Part shown: piece by piece, positions 28,966 to 39,464 of the stretch
Layout: every line of letters begins with the position of its first letter
Position numbering within the stretch: the stretch's first letter is position 1
Source: Candidatus Heimdallarchaeota archaeon
GTDB lineage: Archaea > Asgardarchaeota > Heimdallarchaeia > Heimdallarchaeales > Heimdallarchaeaceae
Direction: 5' to 3'
Length of the DNA: 64,000 bases
Assembly (NCBI GenBank): GCA_016840095.1
Contig: JAEOSZ010000011.1
Coordinates: 1-64,000 of the forward strand
Notes under the pieces: generated by a model
Told to the model about the DNA's origin: nothing
Databases searched by the model: none
The model's input: only the letters and a program-made list of their open reading frames with translations
Translations under genes and position numbers: made by a program

Positions 28966-31068
28966 TTAATTTTCATGATATTCATAGAACTTGTTGAGTT
29001 TTTCTTCTAGAATCTTCCTCTCTGGCTGTACCAGGTGTAGATTATCTTTTAACCATACAGGAAGATGTTTTTTATAATAATGTCTTGCAAATCGGTAATC
29101 CATCAAAATAATGGCAGCATAATCTTCTAAGCTTCGTATTGGTCTTCCTGCTGCTTGTGAAGCTCTTGTGATAGCAGGAATATTATATCCAAACTCTCTA
29201 CCTTTAGTTGGAAATTGTTTCTCAAGGTAATCTATACTTGCCTTAACAGTTGGAATAGGTTTTGCATAGGGGATACCGATAATGATTACACTTTGCATTT
29301 CACCAGCTGGATAATCGCTTCCTTCTGAAGATCTTCCACCTAAAACAGAAATTAATACTCCTCCTTTCCTCCTAGATTCATTCTTGAAATCTTGGATTAA
29401 TTTATCATTATCCCGTGATGACATTCCTTGGTGTGCAATATAAAGTGGTTTAGATAAAGCTCTCTCTAAACCAGTTTCAAGAATACTTCTCATAACCACA
29501 TAACTTGCACAAAAAATCCCCACATTTTTTGGAGTTGACTCAGCTACTTCTGTGATTACATCTAGCATTGTTATGAAAGTTGCAGGGATTCGGTCCTCAA
29601 GCTTTGATGATACTTTATCAATAACTAGTGTTACATGATTCTCTTTTTTGTAAGGAGATGGTAAACTTAGATTTTTCAACTTTTCATCTGGTATTCCAAT
29701 AAGTGAAGTGTATGCTTCAATTGGATCTAACGTTCCAGATAAAGAAACAGACATATGAACTTTTTCAAGAAGTTCTCCAGTTATTGTTCTGGGATCAAGA
29801 GATTGTGTTAATAATTTGGGAACTATATTTCCAGCTTTAGACTCTGTCTTGAGTATGAAATGTGCATAATCATCCCTGCCTTTTGTTTCGATAAGCTGTT
29901 TAAGATAAGAAACGACTGATGATGTATAGGAGAGAGGGGCTTTGTTTTGCTTTGTCTGAATTTCCTTAACAAAATCAGCAAGTCTATCTAAAGATTTTAG
30001 GAGCTGACTATCTATCTTTTGATCTGCTCGTTTCTCTACTTTTTTGATGAATTCCTCTGGACTAAAAACTAATTCATCTTTTACTTCCATAGACGAGCTC
30101 TCATCAATAAGTATTGCAGATAGTGCTTCTAGTAAGTCATAAACCTCTCCCATTTTGTATTTCATAGCCTCGGCTTGAGCATTCTCAATACTAAAGTTTG
30201 AGAGAGTACTACTACTTATATCAACAGCTGTTGAAGGTAAATTATGTGCTTCATCAATTACAAGAATGATGTCCTTCAATTCTTTATCCAAATTCATAAG
30301 AAAATTCATTTGAATACCGGGATTGAAAATATGTTGATAACTAGCAGCTATAACATCAACATTGGGTATGATTTTCTTTGAAATCTCATAAGGACAAACA
30401 TCTAGAGATTTTCCAATTTTGAAAATCTCTAAACTATCTAAAACTTGCTTTTTAGTTAATTCCTCAACTTTGTTCTTAATATCTTTTTTAACTAAATTTG
30501 AGAAATGTTTACACTTATTTTCTTTTTTTAGATGCCTACAGATATCTGCAGCATTACCTGCATCAATTGCAAATTTCTGAACAATCGGATGTAAACATAA
30601 TTCTTTTCTCCCTCTAAGAGCTATACCAGAAATTGGTTTCAGTTGCTTAATCATTTTTAGTTCTTCAATAACTCTACTCATTTGTTGATGAGTTCTACAA
30701 CAGTAAACAATTGTCTTTTTCTTCTCCATACAAAGAGGAAGCAAAGCAGTTAGAATTGCTATGGTTTTACCAACACCATTTGCAGCTTGAATTACGACAT
30801 GTTTTTGTGTTTTATTTTCTTCTGAAATCTTCTCGATAATTTGTTCCTGAAGGGGTCTTATCTCGATATAAGGGAAATATTCCTCCCACAATTTGGTTGG
30901 ATTTGTTCGTTTATGTACAACTGGTTGAGATGGTTGAGATGGTTGATCAAGAGGAGCATCACATTTGATACACATGCCATTTTCTATGTTCGAAGGAATA
31001 ATCTTACCACATTGAGAACAGAAAATGTAGTCATCCACCCCAGGTTCACTCGAATTCCGATTACTCAT
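28966..31068 (-). CDS. XPD/Rad3/DinG-family Fe-S DNA helicase with N-terminal Zn ribbon
   Basis: PY..RPLQ Q-motif, AANGVGKT, RTHQQ, four Fe-S Cys, DEAH, SGTL, SEG.D, QAAGRPIR. Confidence 0.92.
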   Translation of the reverse strand: MSNRNSSEPGVDDYIFCSQCGKIIPSNIENGMCIKCDAPLDQPSQPSQPVVHKRTNPTKLWEEYFPYIEIRPLQEQIIEKISEENKTQKHVVIQAANGVGKTIAILTALLPLCMEKKKTIVYCCRTHQQMSRVIEELKMIKQLKPISGIALRGRKELCLHPIVQKFAIDAGNAADICRHLKKENKCKHFSNLVKKDIKNKVEELTKKQVLDSLEIFKIGKSLDVCPYEISKKIIPNVDVIAASYQHIFNPGIQMNFLMNLDKELKDIILVIDEAHNLPSTAVDISSSTLSNFSIENAQAEAMKYKMGEVYDLLEALSAILIDESSSMEVKDELVFSPEEFIKKVEKRADQKIDSQLLKSLDRLADFVKEIQTKQNKAPLSYTSSVVSYLKQLIETKGRDDYAHFILKTESKAGNIVPKLLTQSLDPRTITGELLEKVHMSVSLSGTLDPIEAYTSLIGIPDEKLKNLSLPSPYKKENHVTLVIDKVSSKLEDRIPATFITMLDVITEVAESTPKNVGIFCASYVVMRSILETGLERALSKPLYIAHQGMSSRDNDKLIQDFKNESRRKGGVLISVLGGRSSEGSDYPAGEMQSVIIIGIPYAKPIPTVKASIDYLEKQFPTKGREFGYNIPAITRASQAAGRPIRSLEDYAAIILMDYRFARHYYKKHLPVWLKDNLHLVQPERKILEEKLNKFYEYHEN

Positions 31069-31383
31069 AAGTGTCTTTGTTTTTTTTCTTTGAGACCATA
31101 TAAGCTTATTGCAATAGAAATGAGAAAACAGTGCATCATTATCAAGATTATAACAATTTTCGAGTAGAATTACAATTTTTTAGAAGATTATATTAATAAA
31201 TATCCTTGTGTATTATAGTATTAATACCTCTATAACTAGACTAGTTAACATGACAACTAGCAATGTATATATATGAGATGTAATGGAAATCTATTCGGCA
31301 GATTAGATAAAAACTAATAATACCTCTGGTTGGGGTCATTTACAACTTAGGGGATATAACAACAGTCTGGTTAGGGAAGCTAA

Positions 31384-33159
31384 ATGACACAAGAAAATAT
31401 TAGAACTATAGATGAATTATTGGAAAATACTACCGTTCTATTGGAGACTATAGCTTCCGAAATTGTACATTCAACCAGCAAAATCTATGCAAGTTATCCT
31501 CCTGGTGAGGCTAGTTCAAGTTTATTTAAATTTGAAGATGACAGTTTTCTTAGAGATTTCACTGACAATTTTGAATCAATAAAAAAAGTTCTGAAAAAAG
31601 AAATTCCAAAACTCCCCTATGATAGAGAAGATGAGATTCTCATTCTTGCTAATCTTTTAACTGAAATAAAAGAGTATGAAATGGCTTTAGAAATCTATAA
31701 TAAGTTAGCTAATACTAATCCAGATAATCAGTTTGCTTGGTCAAATTTGATGTCAATTTATATACTTCTTGGGAAACATAAAGAAGCAATGGATTGCTAT
31801 CTTAACCTGCGTCCAGAATTTATTGAACACTCAAATAATGAGAAGAAAGATCCAACATCTGATGCATACAGAATTCTAAATATTTCAACAGCATATCCTC
31901 TTCCAAAGTCATTAAGATCACTAACCAGAAGAGCACATACATCTACTGAATTGAAACAGCAATTTGAAAAAGAACTAAGGGAGTTATACACAAACAAAGA
32001 TTTTGTAAATGGACAAGAGGCTCTAGCAAATAATAACACTGATGAAGCTTTTATCCTCTTCTCTAGTGTAGTTCTAGAACAACCAGATAGTCATGTAATA
32101 TTATTTTTCACAGGAAAAGCTGCACTTGAAGGTCAACATTACCTCATAGCTGAGGAATATTTCAAAAAAGCAGTACAAATAAAAAATAACATACCTGAGT
32201 ATTGGAATGAGCTTGCTGATTGTTTCTTAGCTCAACATAAAAATGAGCAAGCAATCAAAGCAATAAAAACAGCTTTAACATTGGACCCAACTTGTTTAGA
32301 ATGTTGGACACTATCTGGGTCAGCTATTGCCACTATTGAATCAATGGGAGAATATGAGTATTTTGTTAAACAAATTCAATTGATGTCTTCCGCAGAAGCA
32401 ATTGTTCGTTTCGTAACAGGTCTTGTTAGTAAGAAGAGATATGAGCATGCTTTAGAGATTCTCCAAATTGGGGTTTCTAAATTCCCTGAGGATATAGGTA
32501 TTTTAGAAAACCTAGCACTGGTTTATGAAAGAATGGGGAGAGTTGATGAAGCAATAGGAATTTATGAAGAACTGTTGATATCCGGGAAAGGAGTACAAAA
32601 ATATCTTCAAAAAATTACTTCTATCTTAACTGTACTTCATGATGATAAAAGACTGGTCAGAATTCTTAAAATGGTATCTTCTTATCTCCCATGGGATGAA
32701 ACAACTTTATGGAATAAGATAGGAGATTTACTAATGAGAGCTAAGGATTATCTTGGAGCTAGTGAGGCTTTCCGAAAAGTAATTTCATTTGATCCAGATG
32801 ATTCAAGGATTCAATTTAATCTTGGACTTGCTTACCAAGAACTATCTTTATTCAAAAAAGCAGAAGAGACCTATAAGAAAGTATTAGAATTAAATCCAGA
32901 AGATCATGCAGCTCTCAATAATCTAGGCAATGTTCTCAAAGAGCTTAAGCGGTATGATGAAGCAATAGAAGCATACCAAACAGCTATTGATATAGAACCT
33001 AACAAAGCAATTTCTTGGGCAAATCTTGGAATTCTATATGAAGAATTGAAGCTTAAGAATGAAGCTAAAGACTGTTACGTAAAAGCAAAAAATATTGCTA
33101 TTAAGAACAAAGATTATAAAACTGCTGCGAGATTCGAAGAGTGGGAAAACTCTATATGA
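31384..33159 (+). CDS. Tetratricopeptide repeat protein
   Basis: Many TPR units (e.g. ALNNLGNVLKELKRYDEAIEAYQTAIDIEP). Confidence 0.92.
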   Translation: MTQENIRTIDELLENTTVLLETIASEIVHSTSKIYASYPPGEASSSLFKFEDDSFLRDFTDNFESIKKVLKKEIPKLPYDREDEILILANLLTEIKEYEMALEIYNKLANTNPDNQFAWSNLMSIYILLGKHKEAMDCYLNLRPEFIEHSNNEKKDPTSDAYRILNISTAYPLPKSLRSLTRRAHTSTELKQQFEKELRELYTNKDFVNGQEALANNNTDEAFILFSSVVLEQPDSHVILFFTGKAALEGQHYLIAEEYFKKAVQIKNNIPEYWNELADCFLAQHKNEQAIKAIKTALTLDPTCLECWTLSGSAIATIESMGEYEYFVKQIQLMSSAEAIVRFVTGLVSKKRYEHALEILQIGVSKFPEDIGILENLALVYERMGRVDEAIGIYEELLISGKGVQKYLQKITSILTVLHDDKRLVRILKMVSSYLPWDETTLWNKIGDLLMRAKDYLGASEAFRKVISFDPDDSRIQFNLGLAYQELSLFKKAEETYKKVLELNPEDHAALNNLGNVLKELKRYDEAIEAYQTAIDIEPNKAISWANLGILYEELKLKNEAKDCYVKAKNIAIKNKDYKTAARFEEWENSI

Positions 33160-33698
33160 ACCTCAACAGTGAAAAGTCTAAGGAAGCATGGAAAGTTGCT
33201 CAAACTTCTTTAGCTCAGTTTTTACAAAATAATAGTTTTGAGGTTTGGGAAGAAAGAAGGATTGAGAACAAACGACTAGACTTACTTGCTAAAAGAAGTG
33301 TTGGAGAGAAGATTTACTACATTGTTTTTGAAGTAAAACACTATAACAAAGTTTCAGCTGGAAATGAGGATAAATTTCTGGAACAGCTAAATGAATATCT
33401 GAAATTACTTATTCTTCGTGAAATAGAAAGAAAGAAATTTCAATTTGTATCTAAGAAGGTTGTTTTCACAGGTTATCTAGTTTTTGCAAATGATTATGGA
33501 ATTTATAGAAACAGAAGAAAGAACTGGAGAAAAAGTAGAGACTTTCCTGATAACAAAGAGTTAGAAGAAATTTGGAAGAGAAATGTTTACCTGTTTTCAT
33601 CGACTCAAGAATATATACAGAAAAACCTTGAATCTGTTGGACTAACTTTTTACTCTCAATCTACAATTGCTGAGTTTTTTGGTGAAAATAAACAATAA
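33141..33698 (+). CDS. PD-(D/E)xK (restriction-like/Hjc-like) nuclease-fold protein with C-terminal PIP box
   Basis: LAQFLQNNSFEV..E..RLDLLA...FEVK; QSTIAEFF at the C-terminus. Confidence 0.7.
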   Translation: MGKLYMNLNSEKSKEAWKVAQTSLAQFLQNNSFEVWEERRIENKRLDLLAKRSVGEKIYYIVFEVKHYNKVSAGNEDKFLEQLNEYLKLLILREIERKKFQFVSKKVVFTGYLVFANDYGIYRNRRKNWRKSRDFPDNKELEEIWKRNVYLFSSTQEYIQKNLESVGLTFYSQSTIAEFFGENKQ

Positions 33699-33730
33699 TA
33701 ATAAAAATCCATTTACTATATTTTATTCAG

Positions 33731-34663
33731 ATGAGTGTAGATATTACCAAATACAAAGAGAAACTTTTCTCCATACAGATTTTAGACCAAGGAGTAAGTA
33801 TTTTCACCGAAAAATTCACTGATTTTCTAAATATAGACGATGTTTTAGTATTTGGTTTCATATCTGCACTGTACAGCTATACATATGCTATTGGACATGA
33901 GGAAGTTATTTCAATAGACTTTGGAACAAGTAAATTTCTCTTCTCAGAACTATATGATGGAAAACTACTAGTCATTATTACCAAGGAAGATTTACATAGA
34001 GAAATTGAGTCAGAGCTAATAGAGAATATATCTTTACGTTATGAAATTTTGACAGAAGATACATCCATTACAGAAATATCCTCTTTATTTGATATTGGTG
34101 ATACAATTATACCTCTCGATTTAGTCGCTGAAATAAGAAGGAAGGGACAGAAAAAACCAGAAGAAGCATCTGTACATGAATTCCAAGAAGAAGTAGAAGA
34201 AATGTTACCATTACCTGAAATTTCAGTACCATCTGTTCAAATGGAAGAATTCTATGTAGAAGTTCTAACAGACGAGGAAAAGCTAGGTGAAGATAAAATT
34301 AACAGCATTAAGAAATCCTTAACTAATTTCTTCTTAGGTTACAAGAGGCTGACTTCTAGTTTGTTTGCTGTAGCAAAAGATGAACAACTTTTCTCATTTG
34401 TGTTTAGTAGACGTATGTTTGCTGACATCTATCCTATTATAAAATATATAATGACTCATCCATCAGAAATGAGTGTAGATTCAGAATCTGAAACTAATAC
34501 TATTAGGTCCATTCAAGTAGAAAATGTATCATATTGGGTGTTAATTTATACGAATAAGAAACAAACCACAAAAGCAATTGTTTTTAGTAATTTTTGTGAT
34601 GAATTAGAATCTATTTCTCCTCATTTGAGTAGAATTTCAAAATTTGTTGAAAGAATGCTCTAG
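33731..34663 (+). CDS. Longin-like domain protein (N-terminal longin, acidic linker, second alpha/beta domain)
   Basis: IQILDQGVSIF...LVFGFISALYSY...ISIDFG..KFLF..LLVII pattern, typical of Asgard longin domains. Confidence 0.65.
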   Translation: MSVDITKYKEKLFSIQILDQGVSIFTEKFTDFLNIDDVLVFGFISALYSYTYAIGHEEVISIDFGTSKFLFSELYDGKLLVIITKEDLHREIESELIENISLRYEILTEDTSITEISSLFDIGDTIIPLDLVAEIRRKGQKKPEEASVHEFQEEVEEMLPLPEISVPSVQMEEFYVEVLTDEEKLGEDKINSIKKSLTNFFLGYKRLTSSLFAVAKDEQLFSFVFSRRMFADIYPIIKYIMTHPSEMSVDSESETNTIRSIQVENVSYWVLIYTNKKQTTKAIVFSNFCDELESISPHLSRISKFVERML

Positions 34664-34802
34664 CTTATACTACTTTAGAAATTAAGACCATTTTATTAAA
34701 ATTGAGAGTTTTTATACTGAATACTCCTCTTACTTTTGAAATAGACGAGAATAAAGATAAGATTGATATACTATTAGTTCTAGTACTTACCCAAGAATAC
34801 TG

Positions 34803-35189
34803 GTGGATAAAATGAGTCTGTCTGGTCAACAAATCGAAAAAATGCTACATGAATTTGAATCAAATACAGAAGGAGTATTAGGATGTTCAATAATTTATGC
34901 AAAAGATGCTTTATTATTAGCAGAATCATCTCAAAAATTTGAAAGACTTGTTATTCAATGGTTAAGTGAAAAGATGCTCTCATTGGCAAAAGAATCACTC
35001 CAACAACTTATGAAAGAATTTACTTTAATGAGTGTTACAATAGAAGAAAAAGATCACTTTGTGTATCTTCGTCCAATTGGTGATGAATATTATGCAGTAA
35101 TTATTACTACAAAAGAAGAAAACAGAGGACTTCTAGAACATAACATCAAAAGATTGTTGCAGCAATTGACACCGATGATGATTGGATAA
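34803..35189 (+). CDS. Roadblock/LC7 domain protein
   Basis: Helix, GVLGCSII..DALLLA, helix, VTIEE..FVYLRPIG..AVIIT..GLL. Confidence 0.8.
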   Translation: MDKMSLSGQQIEKMLHEFESNTEGVLGCSIIYAKDALLLAESSQKFERLVIQWLSEKMLSLAKESLQQLMKEFTLMSVTIEEKDHFVYLRPIGDEYYAVIITTKEENRGLLEHNIKRLLQQLTPMMIG

Positions 35190-35212
35190 ACAAAGAAAAG
35201 AGGTAGAAAGCA

Positions 35213-35596
35213 GTGGATTTAACGACTCTCAAAGTATTAGCTAAAATGGCTAGTGGTGAAGAAGGACCCAACGAAAGGTTCAAATTCATATCACCTGATA
35301 CACAAGGTGTTCTTTGTTCCAGCTCAACTTTAGAGGAATTACATAACTGTATTTTGGATCTAGACCCAGAAATAATAAAAGCTCATGTATGTTCATGTGA
35401 AGACTCTGATGAAACTGGAGCTCGTGATTTAGCTTTCTATGTACATTATGTCTTTGGAGATGCTGAGCTTTCAATGAAAATTTATAGTGCTGCAGAAAGA
35501 TTTGTTGATGAACCTGTAAAACTAAAACTGGAAATCAGTAATCTGATATTCACACGATTATTAAATTTTAGCGAAATTGCTTTAATTCCTGATTAA
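35213..35596 (+). CDS. DUF5752-like small protein
   Basis: F.F...STLEEL...I..H...DLAFYVHYVFGDAELS pattern. Confidence 0.6.
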   Translation: MDLTTLKVLAKMASGEEGPNERFKFISPDTQGVLCSSSTLEELHNCILDLDPEIIKAHVCSCEDSDETGARDLAFYVHYVFGDAELSMKIYSAAERFVDEPVKLKLEISNLIFTRLLNFSEIALIPD

Positions 35597-35659
35597 TCTC
35601 TTACATCATAATTTTTTTGTATATTGAATTTTTGTTTCGTTCGTTATTATTGAATATAG

Positions 35660-37789
35660 GTGCAAAAATTGAGCTCAAAATGTCCAACCTGTAAGGGTCA
35701 TGGAAAAATTATAAAAGAGAAAATGACATGTCCAAAGTGCTTAGGTATAGGTAAGACTGCCTTTACACTTGGTGGAAATGAAGAGGGAGAAGCTTGTGAG
35801 AAATGTCAGGGGAAAGGGAAGATTATACTCAGAGAAAAGTGTCCAACTTGCGGAGGAAAAAAAACCATTCAGCTTTGTTCAAACTGTAAAAGAATCATTA
35901 AAGAATCAACATCTTCAGGTATATGCGATGTCTGTGAAGATAAGAAGGTTCCAGTTGTTTATTTTTTAAAGCCACCAATAGATTCTCAGTTAGTTAGAAA
36001 GGGAATGTTGCTTTTATCAAGAGTAGATGCTGTAAAGAAAGTAGGAGTCTTTGTTCAAATCGCTCCTGACTTGAATGTTTTAATAAGAACAAAAGATGTT
36101 ACTCAGGATTATGCATGGGATATTGGAGAGGAAGTAATTGTTAAGGTTAATTTCATAAATGATCAAGGAAAGTTCTTTGGTATTCCTGAAAACATCAAGG
36201 ATTATACAAAAGAATCTCTCAGAGGAAGAGTAAGAAAACTCCAGATTAAGGATTTAAAACAAGATATGGAAGGTTCCTTTATTTCCCTCAATGCTCAAGT
36301 GGTGTCCGTTCTGCAAACATCAGGCCCTACAAGATTCACTTTGGTTGATTCAACTGGCTCAATAAATTGTGCAGCTTTTATTAAACCAGGAGAAAGAGCA
36401 TTTCCAGAAATAGGAGAAGATGCAGTTGTTGCAGTCTTTGGGGAAATAAATAAACATAGAGATATTTTGCAAATTGAAATTAGAGATATGGAACTTTTGG
36501 GCACAACAGAGAGTTCCATCTTAGTAAAGGATATTGAGAAAGCTATTGATAAGAAAGCTACCCCTAAGAAAACAGAATTTTCTATCAAAAGCGAGCTTCT
36601 CGAGAAACTCAGACCTGAACTAACCAAAGCTGCTAAACGAATAAGAAAAGCGATTTTTACAGGACAACCAATAATCATCAGAAATCATGCTGATGCAGAT
36701 GGAACTGTAGCTGGTTTTGCTGTTAGAATGGCAATTAAGAAACTAATGGAAGAAGAAGGGTATGATGATGATACTATTAGAATTAGATTGAAGAGATTAC
36801 CTAATAAACCTCCATTCTTCGATGCAATCGATGTTACAAAAGATCTTGATTTTGCTTTATCAGATCAAGAGAGATTTGGTGACAAACTCCCCTTGTTTAT
36901 TTGTTTAGATTTTGGTTCTAGTACAGAATCTCTTTTTCCTTATTTACAAATTAAGTCCTTAGATTTGGAAATAATTGTTATTGATCATCATTTTCCTGAT
37001 AAGGAAATTCAAGAGTTAGTAGATATTCATGTGAATCCTTATTTCATTGGTGGGGGATACGAACTTTCAGCTGGTATGCTAGGTTTTGAGTTAGCGAGGA
37101 TTATTTTTCCTGGTATTAGTGATGATTTGATGCATTTACCCGCTATTGCTGGATTAATGGATAGGGTCGAAGGTGAAGAACTTAAACAGTACATCAAATT
37201 AGCTGAATCCAAAGACTACACTGTTGATGATCTTAGAAGTATAGGACTTGCTGTGGATTTTGAAGTATATCAACTCAGATTCTCAGAAGGACAAAACCTT
37301 CTGAAAATTTTGTTTGGTATAGAAACTCCAGTTGAATGGCATACAAAGATGTATAATTTAATTGGAAAAGAAACAAAGAAGATGATGGAAAAGGCGTATA
37401 AGAATGCTTTACCTCACAGTAAAACAGCTGAATTAGAGAATGGTGTACTTTTAGTAACTATAGATGTAGAGTTATACACACACAGGTTTACTTTTCCAAA
37501 TCCAGGAAAATTGACTGGATTGATATTTGATCATTATTGTGAAAAGAATCCAACAAAAGCAGTAGTAACATTGGGTGAAGGGCCAGATTTTATTATCCTT
37601 AGGTCTAAAGGACTTGTAATTAATTTTCCAGATGCAGTAAAACTAATGCAAACTAAACTTCCTGAAGCTGATGTGGAAGGAGGAGGGCATGAAGTTGTTG
37701 GGTCATTCAAATTCTATGAAGGGGTTCGAAAGAAAGTCAAGAAATTTTTCATAGATTACTTATCTGGATTAAACATAAAAATGATTTAG
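35660..37789 (+). CDS. Archaeal RecJ-like DHH exonuclease with DnaJ-type Zn finger, S1 and OB domains (HAN-like, COG1107)
   Basis: CxxCxGxG repeats, S1/OB region, HADADG, DFGS, DHH, GGGH. Confidence 0.92.
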   Translation: MQKLSSKCPTCKGHGKIIKEKMTCPKCLGIGKTAFTLGGNEEGEACEKCQGKGKIILREKCPTCGGKKTIQLCSNCKRIIKESTSSGICDVCEDKKVPVVYFLKPPIDSQLVRKGMLLLSRVDAVKKVGVFVQIAPDLNVLIRTKDVTQDYAWDIGEEVIVKVNFINDQGKFFGIPENIKDYTKESLRGRVRKLQIKDLKQDMEGSFISLNAQVVSVLQTSGPTRFTLVDSTGSINCAAFIKPGERAFPEIGEDAVVAVFGEINKHRDILQIEIRDMELLGTTESSILVKDIEKAIDKKATPKKTEFSIKSELLEKLRPELTKAAKRIRKAIFTGQPIIIRNHADADGTVAGFAVRMAIKKLMEEEGYDDDTIRIRLKRLPNKPPFFDAIDVTKDLDFALSDQERFGDKLPLFICLDFGSSTESLFPYLQIKSLDLEIIVIDHHFPDKEIQELVDIHVNPYFIGGGYELSAGMLGFELARIIFPGISDDLMHLPAIAGLMDRVEGEELKQYIKLAESKDYTVDDLRSIGLAVDFEVYQLRFSEGQNLLKILFGIETPVEWHTKMYNLIGKETKKMMEKAYKNALPHSKTAELENGVLLVTIDVELYTHRFTFPNPGKLTGLIFDHYCEKNPTKAVVTLGEGPDFIILRSKGLVINFPDAVKLMQTKLPEADVEGGGHEVVGSFKFYEGVRKKVKKFFIDYLSGLNIKMI

Positions 37790-37799
37790 GATGAAGAAA

Positions 37800-39332
37800 T
37801 TAGCTTTCTTCTTCATCTTCAATTGCTTCTTTTTCTTCATTTCGTTTTCTTCTAAAAACTCTGTTAAAACCTTTAGACACTCCACTCTTCGTTTTTGAAT
37901 ATGCTCCACCGATCGCTCCTGCAACCTTCTTTGTTGGAGTAATAATCACTTTTCTAGCTGTTGATTTGGCACCATACTTAATTCCTTCTTTGATAAGCAT
38001 ATTTGCATAATCCTTCCATGAATCTTCACCACGCTTGATTCTTTCCAACCTTTCTTCCAATTCCTCGAAAGAAGGTAACATCTCAAATCTATAAAGCTCT
38101 GGAGAAGTATAGAAACGGAATCTGGAGGACCATCGATAACTTAGAAGGAAGAATATCATTAACACAGGTAGAAGTATAATTGCAAATTTATCTTTTAAAC
38201 CAACTAGATCGTTAAGAGTGAAAAATGTTTGAGTGAATAAATCTTCAGTAGAGATGAACTGAAGTATAGTAACATGATATCCAAGAACTAATCCCATTAA
38301 TGTAATAAGAACACCAAGTGGTCCCATAAACTTAGGGATTTTTAGTAATCCCCATTGATCCTCAACTTTGGTTTCTTTAGCTCCTTTAGTAGGTGTTTCT
38401 TCGATTGTGTAGATTATTTCCTCTTCTTCCTTATTTTCTATTTTCTTGATTCTTCTGCCATATCTAGAAACAGTATAGAAGATCAGGAATAGAGCCATAA
38501 TTATACTACCTGCATTATCGTATGGAATAATTGTGGATTCATTTCTATATTGGAAAGTATAAATGGCATATTTCCATAGTGTAAAAGAAGAAAATACGAA
38601 AAAGAATGCTAGAATTGTGTAGAAAACATCATCTCTTTTACCCCATACAAAGATGATAATATTAACTAGAACTATAGCAAGCAACGCAAAAAAGATTGTG
38701 ACTAAAACGAAAACAAGACTAGTTATAGTTTCTATTGTAATTGGTACCATTAAGAATCGTCTAATTGTATCATAAATTACATATCCTGCGAGAAAAGTAT
38801 TTACCAACGAGAAAAAGAAAACAACACCACTAAAGATGATTGTACCTTCATCAGCTTGTTTTCCAAGAAACATTATACTTCCTAGAACTTTGTTTCCCCA
38901 AAAATTTCTAGAAACTGAAAAAGTAAGAAACATTGAAACTACAATCCAGCTAAAATAACAAATCGCTGCAATATAAGGAGAGATTACAGGGACGAAGTAT
39001 ACTAATGCTGCTCCTCCTGTAGCAAAAACTATAGCTGGAGGAACCCAGTATTTCAATGGGTATTTTGCGAAAAACAATCCAAACAAAACATAAGTAATTG
39101 CTACCGATATTTCTACAGATATCAGTATATTTCCAACTAGTTTTAGCAATGCAATTGTATCAGGTGAAACTATTGTTACATATTTACGAATTGCGTAAAA
39201 TATAGTGGTGGTTAAACTGATAAGAACGAAAGCTACTGTGTAGAAAATATATCTTTTACTGAAGAGTACCTTTATGCCACTTATGAAGATATTCTTTATG
39301 TATTTGTAGAATGCTTTTTCAACATAAGACAT
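37800..39332 (-). CDS. Polytopic membrane protein, unknown function
   Basis: About 10-11 hydrophobic helices and a basic/acidic C-terminal tail. Confidence 0.8.
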   Translation of the reverse strand: MSYVEKAFYKYIKNIFISGIKVLFSKRYIFYTVAFVLISLTTTIFYAIRKYVTIVSPDTIALLKLVGNILISVEISVAITYVLFGLFFAKYPLKYWVPPAIVFATGGAALVYFVPVISPYIAAICYFSWIVVSMFLTFSVSRNFWGNKVLGSIMFLGKQADEGTIIFSGVVFFFSLVNTFLAGYVIYDTIRRFLMVPITIETITSLVFVLVTIFFALLAIVLVNIIIFVWGKRDDVFYTILAFFFVFSSFTLWKYAIYTFQYRNESTIIPYDNAGSIIMALFLIFYTVSRYGRRIKKIENKEEEEIIYTIEETPTKGAKETKVEDQWGLLKIPKFMGPLGVLITLMGLVLGYHVTILQFISTEDLFTQTFFTLNDLVGLKDKFAIILLPVLMIFFLLSYRWSSRFRFYTSPELYRFEMLPSFEELEERLERIKRGEDSWKDYANMLIKEGIKYGAKSTARKVIITPTKKVAGAIGGAYSKTKSGVSKGFNRVFRRKRNEEKEAIEDEEES

Positions 39333-39464
39333 GATTAATCAATAATATCGGTCTATAAAAAAAGTTTGGAAACAAATTGATTTTTGTTTTGAAGAATTTT
39401 GTTATTCAGAACACCTTATATTACACTCATTGTTTATTCTATTAAACATCTGTTAGGTGTTATA

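Noticed and set aside
30922-30946. Short tandem repeat (TGGTTGAGA units)
   Set aside because: It encodes a QPS linker in the helicase and is not an independent repeat element.
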